DNA of 64,000 nucleotides. Origin: Microbotryum violaceum (taxonomy: Eukaryota). The notes beneath the pieces are model-generated. The model did not search any database. It worked only from the letters and a program-made list of their open reading frames with translations, and had not been told where the DNA came from. The translations under genes and the position numbers were made by a program. This document shows, piece after piece, positions 1-13,351 of the stretch; within the stretch, counting starts at the first letter, position 1; each line of letters opens with the position of its first letter. The stretch lies in contig CDLV01000008.1 of assembly GCA_001244265.2 (NCBI GenBank), forward strand, positions 1,426,001-1,490,000. The letters are read 5' to 3'.

Positions 1-1
1 C

Positions 2-430
2 GTCAACGCCGGTGAGAATGACGGGCAAGGTTGCCTCTTGCACGGGGGTGCAGTAGATGTGAGGAGGGCTGAGCGCGGCGATGCCCTGCGCGGTGCGCTG
101 CGAGATCTTGCCCTGGTGGTACAGATCCTCGAACTTGAGCTGCGTGAAGGCCTTGGACGAGTCGCCGGCGACCGGGGTCATGGTTCCCGTCGGAGTCGGG
201 GCTTGCGACGACAATGCAGGGGTCGAAGTGCCCGTACCCGGGCCTGCCGACGCTGCGACCGTGGACAAACGAGACAGCAGTGACAATCCGGGTCCACCAG
301 CAGTCGAGGGCGTGGCCGGTCCCGAGGCCGACGCGAGCTTGGGTGCAGAGGAAGTGGCCTTCTTCTGCGGCCGTCTCCTCTTGTGGGGTCGACCGTCGTT
401 CGTAGGGGGTGGGTTGCGGGGTTGTGACAT
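2..430 (-). CDS. DEAD-box RNA helicase, N-terminal part (runs off window start)
   Basis: A minus-strand frame from the ATG at 430 (not in the ORF track) reads MSQPRNPP...KFEDLYHQGKISQRTAQGIAALSPPHIYCTPVQEATLPVILTGVD. This is the Q-motif (F..L...TPVQ...LP.IL.G.D) of DEAD-box helicases. The true start could lie further upstream. Confidence 0.7.
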   Translation of the reverse strand, partial: MSQPRNPPPTNDGRPHKRRRPQKKATSSAPKLASASGPATPSTAGGPGLSLLSRLSTVAASAGPGTGTSTPALSSQAPTPTGTMTPVAGDSSKAFTQLKFEDLYHQGKISQRTAQGIAALSPPHIYCTPVQEATLPVILTGVD

Positions 431-1089
431 GGCTGGGTGGAAAGAATGGATGGGATCGATGGAGGATGCAGGAGTGCAAGCGCCGCGAATCACGCGTCCG
501 AGGCTCGTCGTTGCGAAGGAGTCGAATTGGAACCGAAATACTCGTCGGCGCAAATCCTGGATTTTGAGCTTCCTGCTCGAGCTCAGCAACTGGGAGGTCA
601 TAGACGGGTGGACGGTAACGGACCGGGGTGCGCAACACTACAGTCCGATGGGGCGATTGTCAAGAATCAGATGGCGCCGGAATCCGGTCGCGAGTGCGAG
701 TAGTACATGAACGACAGCTACTTTCACACCGGCTGTCGGCCCACGCCGCGCCCACATCACTCGATCACTGACGGGTCCGAATTTTCCATCACGTGACTTT
801 TCCCGGAACCCGCAAGCATTTTTCAAGATTACGGTTTCCGCTATACGATACAGAAAAACAATACGACGTGAAGACCCACGGAGAGTAATGTGATGGAAAT
901 TCGGCGGCTTGCGCACGGTGAGGTTGGGTGCGGCTCTGGTATACTGGTAGGCTCTGGCGATCTGGCTGGCTCTGGTGGGGCGTCGAATTTCGACAGTCGG
1001 TCGAGCCGATGTGGGTGACTCTGCGCTTGTCCGCTCGTGGCAAGCAACTTACCTCGAACAACGCCGAGGCGAGCGTAGCGGGTTAACGC

Positions 1090-3456
1090 ATGTCTGGACC
1101 ACTTGGGAACGGCGATGGAGGAGGGGACCTCAGCACGGTCCGTCCCATCAGTGCTCGGCAAGGCAGCTGGGCCGACTCGTCGCCCTGGGGAAACACGACG
1201 ACCACGGGCACCCCGACCGCTCGAAGGACGACGGGCTCGACGCACATTCACGAGGAGCCACCCTCGTTACTCCCGCTGCTTCGTAGGTTCAAAGAGTCGG
1301 GGAGCATCTCCCTTGCACCTACCGCGCTTACTGGGCAGGTATCTCAATCCAGACGACTCGAATGTGCCACCCCTGTATCTCCACGCGTGGCGAGGGGCTC
1401 AGCCGATCCGCGACACCGTCTCGCTTGGAGCAGTGATGCGTGTGCTGTCCTCCGGAGGTATCAAGCAGGCCAGCATCGACAAGGCAAGCGCACTTCAGAG
1501 TGTCTGCTGATATGCTCGACCTAGCGCTGACGTTAATGGTTATGCTCCTCTGTTTGGTCCCCGTTCGGTTGCCCACTCCCCACACGGTCCGCCGCTGGAC
1601 TCCCCGAAAACCTGTTAAAATAGATCGTATTATTGGTGACGCCAACTTCCGGTATCATCACCAAGCAACAGTTCTACACCTCACTTGTGCTCCTTGCCCA
1701 CGCCCAACTCCACCGCGAAATTTCACTCCAAGTCGTGGCCCGAGCCATCGAGGTCGGCTCGCTGCCGATCCCCACCCTGTCCAGTTCTTCGGCTTCGTCC
1801 GCGGCGGTATACTCTGCGCCGTCATCGCCGACGTCCATGACCTCCCCACCAGACTATCGCCGATCAACGTCTATGTCGTCCACGAACGACGACCCTTGGG
1901 GGACGGGAACCGCCGGTGGCTCCGGCGCGGTCAAAGCGAGCGGCGGTAGTCAGCTCCATAGCTCGATGGGTGCCAGTCGCCCCACCTTCCCGCCCGTCGA
2001 CGAAGACGACGACCACGGCCATGCGTTCGGCGAAAACCTGCTGGGAGGGACGAGCCTAGGGGAGTGGGCGCTGGGCAAACAGCAAAAAGTCGAGGTCAGA
2101 ATGCGGGACGAGCTCCAGGGCCTTGTCTTCAAGCACACCATCTGGTTCATTGCCACAGAGGTGAGCACAGCACAGCACCCCACCCATCCCAAGTTTGCTC
2201 TCTGTTTCAAGCTGATCCGCTTCCATGCCACGTGTTCGCAGCGGGGAGTAATCGTCGAGCGCCGGTATTCGGACTTTGTGTGGCTACACGACTGCCTCGT
2301 GCGCCGGTACCCCTTCCGGCTCTTGCCCGTGCTTCCCCCTAAGCAAGTCCACATCCCGGGATACATCGCCATAGACGAGCTCTTCCTCGAGCGCCGCCGG
2401 CGAGGACTCGAACGTTTCCTCGTCGCGCTTTTGAACCACCCGACGTTGAAGCACGACCACCTCGTGCGCATCTTCCACAACGAGCAATCCGAACTGTCGG
2501 CATGGCGCAAGAGCAACCCCATATCACTGGAGGAGGAATCGACATCAAGGATTCTGACGTCGGAGGAAGAGATGTCGGTTCCGTCCGACTTGGAGGAACG
2601 ACTGACCAACCTCCGCGCCCGCATCATTCCCCTCGTCGAGCACTGGACCCGAGTGACGACGACGATCGATCGGATCGCACACCGGCGCCAGAACCAGGCC
2701 GCGGAGTACGAACGCATGACCGAGGCTCTGTCCGGGGCCGTCGAGTGCGAAAGGACCGGGTGGCGTCCCGTCGAATGCGAGAACGTCGAGGCCGATGTCG
2801 ACAAGGTTGCCCGCGGGCTGCGGGCTGTTGCGGGGAGGATGCGACAAGGCGCGGACGAACAGTTGGAAACGACCGTCGAAGAGCTCAAACGGGTGAGAGG
2901 GAGCTTTGCAGCGGGGCGAGGAGCATCCCTGCTCGAGCTGATGGCCTCATTCCTCACCTGCGTAGCACCGCGAGCTGTACGTCAACATGAAGGAGCTGTT
3001 CACGCGGTACGTTCACCTCTCGGCCGATACCGTCGACAAACTCAAACGGCGCGTCGAGACCAACATGAAGAAGGTGAGCTAGGCCGGTCGCGCCGCTTCG
3101 AGATAGGTTGGTCAATATCGCTGATCGCTGCCAGTCTCGACGATCACGTGCGGCAGCTCGAAGTGTTGCGAGATGCGGCGACCCCTTTGGCCCCCGCCGA
3201 ATTCGACAAACTATCCCACTCCATCTCGACGGACCAACGCTCGATCGAGCTCTTGCTCCGAAGGAGATCGTTCGTCCGCTGGTGCATGTGGCAAGAGGTT
3301 TTGTGGATGTTTCGATCGACGAGTCTGCTGTCGACCGCGACGAGAGTATGGGTGACGCACGAGGTCGCGAGGGCGGAGCATCTCCGGATTCGTTGGGAAG
3401 AATTGCAGGAAGGGTGGGAGACTGTCTTGACTCGAAGTGCAGCCGAAGAGTACTGA
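1090..3456 (+). CDS. MVP1: Sorting nexin Mvp1 (PX + BAR domain), multi-exon
   Basis: PX motif VERRYSDFVWLHDCLVRRYPFRLLPVLPPK...FLERRRRGLERFL..L.NHPTLK, followed by a BAR-like helical region; several introns; start codon approximate. Confidence 0.85.
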
Positions 3457-3691
3457 GGAGCTTGTGGAGAGACACTGCTTTGTTCAGCGTTTTGCAGCAA
3501 TGGCAATTGTTCAAGCGCGCCGACTGGTAACATTCTCGGGTAAACGAAGCAGGTGAGATTGCAAGTGGATGCACTACAAATACAACAACTACAGTGCAGG
3601 TATGGCGAGGGTTTAGCTTGACGCATTCAAAAGGGTTACCATTGTCTTACGGCGATCCATAGCACGATCAAGAGGACTGGTAGAACCCTCT

Positions 3692-4991
3692 TTACGAGCC
3701 CTGCCGACGCAAGGCCGAGAACGGCACTTGAGCTAACATGTAGAGACGCAGGGTGGAAGGATGCAAGAACTCACATATCATCATCTTGCTGGCCAGGTGA
3801 ACCTTGATTAGCATCGCCTCTTCTTCGACAAGCTGGGACTGAAGCTCGAGGCCCTATCCGACGAAACGAAAGCACACGAGCGCGCTACGTCAGCGCTCCT
3901 GGTACAAGATGACGGAGGAGTCGAGCTTGGGCTGACCTCTTTTTCACTGGCGAATAGATTGCCCCGAGCCCGGTTAAACGCCTCCCTCGTATGCGAGATG
4001 TTGACGGAGACTTCGGCCGTTGTTCGTTTCGCATCGGCGATCGCTCTCGTGTCTTGAAGAATGGGCAACACTCTGAGCACTTGCTCGCTCGACGTCTGCG
4101 GAGGTTGAAGGGAGAAAGCGAAAGGAGGAAAGAGGGTGAGAATGACCTTTTTTAGGACCCTCAGACCCTCAGATGCGGTCAAGGTTTTCCAAGAACGGAC
4201 TTTGGCTCGGTCCTTGGCGTCGCAGGATTGCTTCAGCAGCGCATTCCAGTGCTGCGATCGAGCTTTGATCTCTTTCTGTAGGGAGGTGATAGGCCATTCA
4301 GAGTCAGTGCTGCATCAACGCCGGTGAGCTCAGTCTGCTGCCAAGCGCACTTGTAGCGTTTCAATCTCGGCTCGGTGGGCGTGACATCGCCGCGTCGTGT
4401 CGGTCACGATTTGCTCAAAGCGTCTGTCAAAGACGGGAACTCGCAGCGTCTCAGTCCCATGGATCCACTATGGATCCACCGCCACACTCTCCACTCTTGT
4501 CATGGGACAGTCAGCGCGCTTACTCACTTGAGCTCTTCATCGGCTTTACCCAGTGGCGTATCGGCGGGCTTGTCCGTGTTGGTGATGAGATGCGGGGCAC
4601 CGGTGACCCCCTCCGGTCTCTTGCGTCTCCGCTGCAACGACGACTCGAACGACCTCCTTCTTCGATGGCCCACCGAGGTCAAAGGCAAGGTGTCGGACGT
4701 GGGACTACGCAGGATGGCGGTGCGCGTCGGTGGTGGTGGGGACGAAGACAGTGGGGCACTGATCGGTATTGAGGCGGGTAAAGCTCGCCGGGGAGGAGCA
4801 GGCGAAGGCGAGCTAACAGCAGAAGCACCACCCGTAGACGGTCCTGGAACGGACCGTGCGTGTTGCTCCCGGTCCGAAACCGCCATGCAGCCCTTTTCGT
4901 GCCGCGGTGGGGATGCCTTGCGTGAAGCACGGTTCCGTGTAGCCGACCGCCCGTCAGAGACGCGACTCGGCGGGGTCCGTGCTCGTTGCAT
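3692..4991 (-). CDS. Hypothetical protein, low-complexity N-terminus and coiled-coil C-terminus, multi-exon
   Basis: Canonical introns join MQRARTPP...ELK/RFEQIVTDTTRRCHAHRAEIETLQ/KEIKARSQHWNALLKQ...; no recognisable domain; ends approximate. Confidence 0.5.
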
Positions 4992-6549
4992 CGGGGATTT
5001 CGAATTTACACGCTTCCTGCCGTGCCTTGGGGCTGGCGCTCGCAAGCGTCTCGGTAATAAGCAATAACGATTTGAATGAAATAGATCGGCCTCGCCACGC
5101 TGATTGACAGTTGCTCAGTGCTCACCCATTAGACCATTTCTATTTTTGCCCCTTCTCGGACTCACCCTTGCCCGCGGTCGACTCTATCCAACCACTGGCA
5201 CACACCCGACTCGTGCCAGATCGACTCTTTGTATCGGTCCTGCACCACCAACCCACTTGAACTTGGACTTGCCGCACGCCGCACGCCGCTGGGTTTTCGC
5301 TCAGTCCCTCCCCCAAAGCTGTGGGTCTATTACCACGACCCGACACGCTCGCTTTGAGCGAGCGACCTCAGCTTCAAGCCGACGCCCTGTACTGTACGTC
5401 TTGAAATCGACTCTTACGCGAGCCCACACGAACCCAATCTGCTCACACGCCCAGTAGTACTGACGTTGTCTGCATTGACTTGATAGCCGCCTCCGTCGCC
5501 CGGTTGTGCGCCTCCCTCGTTGCACTTCCTCGATCCCGCATCGACGAATCCGACACCAACCCGCACTCTCGTCTGCCTGACCTTTTGCCGGCTAAACCCG
5601 CATTCCACTGCTGCCCGTACGCACGTCCCATCGCACCGCACCCGCCTCGTAGCGGTCTTGTCTGCGTCTTCGTGGGACCAGCAAGTCGACCTGGTCCAGT
5701 TCGTCACTCGACGATCATATCGATCCTCGTGCTCACCTAATCCATTCACCGGCGCGCGGCACAACGAGCCCCAGCCGCCGCCGCCACACAACCGAACCGA
5801 TCCCGGCGTGCTTCGCGGCTCGCGTCCCGTTTCCTCGTTGTATCGACTACCAGACTTCCGATATTGCTAAGTCGCCAGTCGATCTCGTTGTTCTCTACCT
5901 CTCAATCCCTCAAAACCTTCGACTTTTACTACCGTCTTTTCGCGGCTATTACGCCCCGGCTAACCTCGCCCCGTCGCACCGATCAGCGTGCGACACCCCT
6001 CCGTCGTCGGAAATCCGCCCTTCGCCTTCAAGCCCGTGCCAACCACCACCGGCGCGCGCCCGCCAACCTCATCCCAAAGCGAGGCCCGAACACATTGGTC
6101 ACTTCACCCCACGAAGGTGCGAGCGAGTCGGTACGATAGTCTGATTTTTTTGAATTTCGTGGGCTAAAGGAAGGTCATTTTGGTGCGTCTGTGCCTCGTC
6201 GTACCGTCCTCGTCCTGCTCGGCGCCGGCTAATTCTCGCCTCGCGCGTCTTCTTCCCCTCCCCACCGCCGTAGGTGGTTTAGGTTTCTCTTCGACAAGCT
6301 CTCATTAGACGTCCGAAAACCGCTACGTCGCCGAGAGATCATAGCAAGAGTACACCTTCTCCCCGTCACTTTCCACTCGTCGATTTCATCTCGTCGCACT
6401 TCGTCTCAAGGTGGGTCCGTGCGCTTGGCGGCTTCGAACTTGCTCTCTGTCCCCACCTGACTCTCCTTCCCAGCGCTGACTCAAATCCGATTCTCGTCAG
6501 CAGTCCACTTTTCAACACTCGCTTGACGCTGCCTTGATTACCGGTCACC

Positions 6550-9500
6550 ATGAGTTCTTCATACCAAGATTCCCATGGCGATGGCTCGAACGGCTCCGCC
6601 GAGTATTCCGCGTACACCCATAACATCTACCCGCACGACATGACGGGGCAGCTGCAGAGCCATCCGATGACGTTCTCGACCTCGAACGGTTCGAACCACG
6701 GGCTCGATGACCCCACCCCAGCGCATGACACGTATTCCCATCTTCTCGATGGCAGTTCGCCCCACACGCACTACGACCCGTCTGTGCCTGTTGCACTCTC
6801 CGGCATTTTCGACTCTGCCTCGTATCCGAACGAGGACAGAAAGGGTTTGGTGCGAGCTCAGCAGCAGCAGCAACAGCAGCAGCCGGCTCAAGAAGAACTC
6901 AACCTTGGCGCAACCGCATCGATGTCGAACTATTTTGGTCCCAATTCCGCTCAGCTCAATCAGAGTCACAGCCAGTCGCAAAAGGACATGATGGCGCAGA
7001 TCATTTGTTTTGCGAACGCTTATGAATTCGCTAGCCCGGCACCCGCTCCTTCAAGCTGCGCATCCCCGAACACGTTGGCCCTCGTACCGGATTCCCCGAG
7101 CCGAGTGCAGCGAACGCCCTCGTTCTCCGTGCCGACGACGTTCATCAAGGAGCTCGCTGTTCGACCATCAGCGCAGGGCAGATCCAAGTCGCACTCTGTC
7201 GCGGAGACGTTTGGCATGATGGGACCCCCGCCGCGCCCCCTGGTCCGCTCGCAGACCATGGCCAATTCGCAGTTCGGTCGCATGTCGGCGCCCGCCTCGC
7301 CCCAGCAGCACTCGTCGCCGAACGGGACCTCCTCCGACTCATACAGCGCCTCAGCGTTTGTGCCTGCCCCGGTGCCTCGACAAGCGCCGCAAACGACAAT
7401 ACAGCGCCCGGTGAAGCAACAGGCGCAAACCGGCGCGAGCCCCCAGAAGGTGGACCGACGTCCCTCGTTGCCGAACTCACTTGCGTCGACGTTTTCGATG
7501 AATCCCACTCGCCCCTCGTCACCCTTTGATGCCGCCAGCCGTGGATTGCCAACCGTTCCCGCGGAGTTCGGCCCCAGTGCGTCGGGCACGTGGACGAGCC
7601 CTTACGCTACGAACGGATTCGACATGGTCAAGATATTGTCGCGTGTCGCCTCGCGACCGAACCCGCAACTCGCTCTTGGACCCGTCGACCTGGGATGCTC
7701 TTTTCTCGTAGTCGACGCGCGCAAGTTCGACCAGCCCATCATCTACGCGAGCGAGACCTTTGCACGCTTGACTGGCTACTCGAGTGAAGAGATCTTGGGG
7801 CGCAACTGCCGTTTCCTGCAAGCCCCCGACGCGCAGGTGGTCCAGGGCGAGAAGCGCAAGTACACGGACGGCAACGCCGCCTACCACATTCGTCGGCACA
7901 TTGTCCAGGGCAAGGAATCGCAGGCGTCGATGATCAACTATTGCAAGGGCGGGCGCCCTTTTATCAACTTGATCACGGTCATTCCCATCTCGTGGGACTC
8001 GGATGAAATTGCCTTCTACGTCGGATTTCAAGTCGATCTCGTCGAACAGCCTTCGGCCATCATGGACAAGATGAAAAACGGCTCGTACGCCATCGACTAC
8101 CGTATCTCCAACATTCCGCGCGAGATGTCGGCTCCCTCGACCGAGACCATCAGCGTAGACCACCTAGAAGAGTTGACCGGCGGCATTCACGATCAGCCGC
8201 TAGCACTCGCCTCCCCCGGGATTAGTTCGGACCCGAGCGCGAGTGCGATCGCGGACATGATGGATCCCAGCAAGGTGCTTGATCAGGTCGACGGACGGGG
8301 CCCGGCTGGTCTCGCGAACGAATCAGGCCGCAAGTTGTTCAACCGCATGCTGCTCGAGAACTGCGATGACTTTGTGCACGTTCTTTCGCTCAAGGGCGCC
8401 TTGCTCTACGTCTCGCCGAGCTCGAAGCAATTGCTCGAGTACGAACCGCAAGCCCTCGTTGGCAAGAGTCTGGGCTCCTACTGCCACCCTTCCGATATCG
8501 TCTCCGTCCTGCGCGAGCTCAAGGAGGCGGGCAGCTCGCAGAACGCCTCAGTCGACCTCGTCTTTCGATTCCGGCGGAAGAACAGCGGCTACACGTGGAT
8601 TGAGGCCCACGGCAAATTGCACCTCGAGCAGGGCAAGGGTCGTAAATGCGTGATTCTCGTGGGACGCGTGCGGCACGTGTACAAGATGTCGTGGTCCGAC
8701 CTTGAGCGAGCTGGTGGCTTCGGCAAGCAAGAGTACTGGTCCAAGTTGACGACGAGCGGGATGATGCTGTACGCCACGGCGTCGATCGGTCAAGTGCTCG
8801 GCTATCGCTCCGAAGACGTCGTGGGCAAGACCCTGGCCGAACTGAGTCCTGGCGAGGGTGTGGCTGCGGTGATGGATGCGCTCGCCCAGGCCGCCAAGGG
8901 CGTTCCCGCGACCGCGCGTCACCGTCTGCTTAACATGGAAGGCGTCGCGATCGACGTCGTGACCCATTTCTATCCTCCGCGCTCGCAGGCGGGCGAGGAA
9001 TCAACTTCTGCTCCGATGTTCCAAGGCTCCGAAGACTCGCTCACGGTCGTGGCCCAGACGAATTCGGTTCCGAGCGAGATGGCTAAGCCGGCGAAGCCTT
9101 CTTTGCCGTCGGCGCCTTCTTCGGTCGCGCGCGCACTGGCCAATTTTTCCGCCCATGGGCAGCGGCGCCCTTCTCTGCTTGTGTTGCAGCCATCGAGCGG
9201 CAACGGCAGCGTCGCTTCTTCGACCGAGTCCAGCACCGCGTCGTCGAGCTCGAGCATGCTCACGCTCCCCTCTTTCAACATGAGCGCACGAGGCTCGCAG
9301 GACTCGGCTTCGACGAGCGGAACGTCGGCCGGCAAGTCCACGACCTCCTTTTCGGCCATCACGAGCACGTACAAGACGCTCGAGATCAACAGCAACCTCA
9401 GCGACAACATCTTTGACGAGCTCGACTCGGTGCGCGGCACAAGTTGGCAGTTTGAGCTACATCAAAGTAAGTTGATGTGGTAGCGCGTTTCCTTTTTGCT

Positions 9501-10154
9501 GGTGCGGGCAGTCGCTGACGAGCCGTTCCCTTGTGATTGTTTGCAGTGCGACTCACCAACAAGAAGCTTCGTGAGGAGAAGGAGGCCTTGGTCGTTCTTC
9601 AGAGTAAGAAGCGTCGACGAGAAGCAGGCCAACGGTCCGATCCGGGCAAATCCGCCAAGTCCGAGATCAAGTCGTGCCTCAACTGCGGCAAAACGCAGAG
9701 CGCCGAATGGCGAAGCGGTCCGACGGGGCCCAAGACACTATGCAACGCTTGTGGACTTCGGTGGTCAAAGTAAGTCCTACAGCTTCTTCCTGTCTTGGTC
9801 GGCGGTGACTGTCGGGCATGGCGACTGATTCGGTCATCTTTCGATTGCTTGCACAGAGCACGATCACAATCCGTCTCTGGCTCTAAAGGAAACGAATTTT
9901 CGCCGAAATCGCTCCAGGGCTCGCCGTCTTGCTCTTACCCAACCCCGGACTCGTCTGGGCGACCTTCCGTCTCGCCGCACGGCACCGGGTTATCGACGCT
10001 TTCTGCGGAGGAGGTTACGAAGAAAGTCAAATTATCGGCGGGTAACGAGCTCACTGTGCCGCCTGTTCCTTCCCCATCCCTCGCTCCCACGACCGCCGCT
10101 GGTCATCAACGGCCAGCGTTCAATACTTATCACTCGGCCTACTCGACCGGATGA
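6550..10154 (+). CDS. wc-1: White collar-1 blue-light photoreceptor (LOV, PAS, PAS, GATA Zn finger); exons 6550-9466, 9547-9769, 9857-10154
   Basis: LOV motif [11 protein letters not shown] domains ([10 protein letters not shown]...CHPSD), poly-Q near the N-terminus. Spliced exon 2 encodes [30 protein letters not shown]. The GT-AG introns keep the frame. Confidence 0.92.
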
Positions 10155-10769
10155 GCGCGAAGGTAAAGATCAGACCTCCAGGCCCTCCAAATATACGCCG
10201 AGAACATGATGTCTATCCCTCCCCCCACTCCCTTCGGCCTCGCTTCGTCGTTTGTAACCATTCTCTTTGGAACTCTTTATACATAATCCGTGGTTTTCCC
10301 GTCCTCGATGTATCCTCGGTGCGCGTTGCCCCTGTGGCTCCCACCACCGTATATATTCTCGTGCTCTTCGTTTGCTTCTTGGCCCCCCCCCCCCCTCGGT
10401 CATCTTTCGCTCTCTATCTTCATTCTTCACTGTTTGTATCGTGGCATATTTTCCCCTCTTTGCTCCGGTGTTGTTCCGGCACCCAATACATATGTGTGTG
10501 TTTCTCATCATCGTCGACCTTGACTCGAGAGCAGCTCGTCGAAGGAAGCCGAATTCCGCCAAGCTGTAAACTTCTGTCACAGAGACAAACCGAATCGAGT
10601 ACCGCAGCGCCGCTCAGACCCCCCTTTCGATGCCAACGCCGCGCACTCGAAGGCGTGTCTCGATCTCTTGCCTTTCCGCTGCTACCGTGCGAGGAACTTT
10701 AGTCCCTACTCGCTGTTCAGGGCCGGAAGTAGTGACCAGTCACAGCTTGCGAAGCATCTTTCCTCGGCC

Positions 10770-13351
10770 ATGGCCGCTGCGATTCCACCGCATCCGACAT
10801 TGACCTTTCCGATTCTGCATGTTCGCGGAGGTATCTCGAATGCCGTCGATGATGCACAGATCGTTCAAGCCTTGTCAGAATGCCTCAGAGTTAGGTATGT
10901 GGATGCAATGGCCGAGCCCTCACCGTCGCAGATCGCTGGTCCTGTTCAGTTGTCTGGCGGCCACGTTCTCATTGGCGGCGGCGCTCGAGCCCCTTGTCGC
11001 ACACTGCACCGCGAAGGCGCCGCGATGCTGACCCCGACGAAGGCTGGACGTTCGCAGACCCAACATCCCGCGCGAATCAGGGAGTCGGTGGGAATCGGCG
11101 AAAGGCACCCTCGAGTTCGAGGATCTACATCGAGGTCAGTCCATTGGGCGAGGATTCGCTCGTACCGAAGGACTGCACCAGCCTCTAACCGCATGGAGTT
11201 CGTTCGCGACGCTGCCACGTTCTGTTCAGCCGAGAAAGCCCTCGCCACGGTCAACAGGTATCGTTTCCCCGGTGAAGACGAGCCATTGCGCTTGTACGCT
11301 GCACCGACGTGCGACAATCCGGTACCCAAAGCAAGGAGTCGCATCGTCAAGTTGTTGCCTGAGACAATGACGCCTGGTGCCCTCTTCGAGGCATGCCGTC
11401 CCTTCGGCCCCATTGACAGTATCGTCGCAGTTCCGACACAGGCCTCGGACGGTTCAATCTCGATGATCGTCACTTTTCTACGGGAAGGGCACGCCTCGGC
11501 TGCGACAAAGGAACTGCATCTCGCCGAGGTCGGGTCCCACACCGTCACCGTTGAGATTTTCGATCCAGCCAGTCAAACATCTCCGATCCCTCCCGCGGCG
11601 ACAATGGGAGCCATCAGCGGCCGTCGAGGCGCATTCCCCGCGCGTGGTGAAAGTCATGGATCTCAAAGTCCTGTATGGCACACGGCGTCAGCAACAAAGA
11701 ATTCCGGTGTCGATCATGCCTGGAGACCGTCAACGCAGTGGAGCCCAACCAACAGCAGAGTCGCATCTTGGACCGCCCAGACGTCGAAGCCTCATCCTGG
11801 GTGGTCACCGCAACCAAGGTCCTTTTCCGGAACTCAGTCCAGGACCCAGGAAACCGACCATTTGCTGTCGCCGACACGCCACTTTGAGCATGGCATCCCC
11901 GGCGTTGATCCTTGTGAGCAATTCGCAGGCCATCGTTTTTTCTTCCCCGTGGCGGGACATAATTTCAGGCATAATGTAGAATCTGCTCACAAGATTTCTC
12001 TGTCCTTAGGCAACTTATTCATCAAAAACCTAGACCAGGCCACCACCACGGAAACGTTATACACTCTGTTCCAGAGCTTCGGCACCATCGTCTCGGCCCG
12101 CGTGATGGAAGAACCGGTGACCAAAGCATCAAAGGAGTTTGGCTTTGTCTCGTTTACCCGAGCCGAGGACGCGGCGATGGCGTTGGCGGCGATGAATGGG
12201 TACGCATTGCCCGAAAGCAACAAAAAAATTATTGTACGGCTCCACGAGCCCAAGACCATCCGCGAAGGTCGTTTGAGACGGCTCAGCGATGCCTCGCGTG
12301 GTAGTACCCAGGACCAGGTCAACGTCGCTCGCGGTCTGACTTTCTCGGTCACTTCCTCGGCTTCCTCGTCCTATTCGGTGAGGCGCATTGTCGCGAGGGG
12401 GGGGGGGGGGGGGGTTGTCTGGGCAGAGACGCTGACCGAGCTCCCTTGGGCTAATGTGTGCAGGACTGTGGTCGCTCCCCATCCCCCAGTAGGACCGCTC
12501 CAGAGTTTTCCTTCTCAAGCGCCGACACGTCGCCCGACCCGCCGACGACGGAGGTCTTTCCACCTGCGATCGCTGAAGCGGCAACTCCTTCAAAGCTTTC
12601 CGACCCCGAGCGACTGCGTGTGGCAGTCTCTCGCCTCTTACCCCCAAATCAGGTGGAAGATGTAGTCTCATTAATTCTGGAGGTGCGGCTGGACCTACAG
12701 ACTGTATCGTCCTGTCACGAAGCGACTGACGCCCACACCACCCTTCGTGCACTGCGCAGCTGCCCAAGAAGGAGCAGAAGCTCTGCCTGTTCAACACCGC
12801 AATCCTCAAGGATAAAGTCGCAGACGCATGCGAGGTTTTGGCTGCGTGTGGAGAAGAAGAGTCTGTGCAGGACGGGCCCTCTCGCCTTCAGCCGTCGGCG
12901 CCGTTGGGAACCCCAAAGCCCTCGATGACGGTTCCAGGCTCCTTGGAAGCTCTCGCCCGACTGCCGGTTGCCAGCATCATCCCGCTTCTGCCCTATTGCA
13001 GGTCTCTAGGCATCGACGTCGCTGCCAAAGCGGCGCAGGAGGAGACAAACACCTTCATGGACGGTCTCGAAGGCAAGCCCGTTCATGAGATCAAGCAAAA
13101 GCTCGGTGAGCGCGTGTTCAAGGCGATCAAGGCGACGGGGGTCAAAGGGGCCGTGAGTCACAGCGAATCGCAGCGGTCATCGCGACCCGCAGGACAAGGG
13201 TGGTGGCTGACCTGAGCTCGTACAATACCAGCCGCGATACACGATCTATCTGCTGGACACGGAAGAGCTGCGACCGTTAGCGCACCTGCTGGTCTACCCG
13301 TCGATTCTTCGAGAGAAGGTCTTGTCGATAGGAGCCTCCCCACCCAAATAG
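10770..13351 (+). CDS. RRM + MLLE(PABC) RNA-binding protein, Rrm4-like, multi-exon
   Basis: RRM NLFIKNLD...FGTIVSARVM...KEFGFVSF plus degenerate N-terminal RRMs. C-terminal MLLE-like segments LPKKEQKLCLFN..ILKDKV and KQKLGERVFKAIKATGVKGAP..TIYLLDTEELRPLAHLL.YP.ILREKV. Confidence 0.75.

Noticed and set aside
3-710. ORF-track proteins 3..638 (-) and 81..710 (+)
   Set aside because: These are shadow frames; the motif-bearing DEAD-box frame is a different minus-strand frame.
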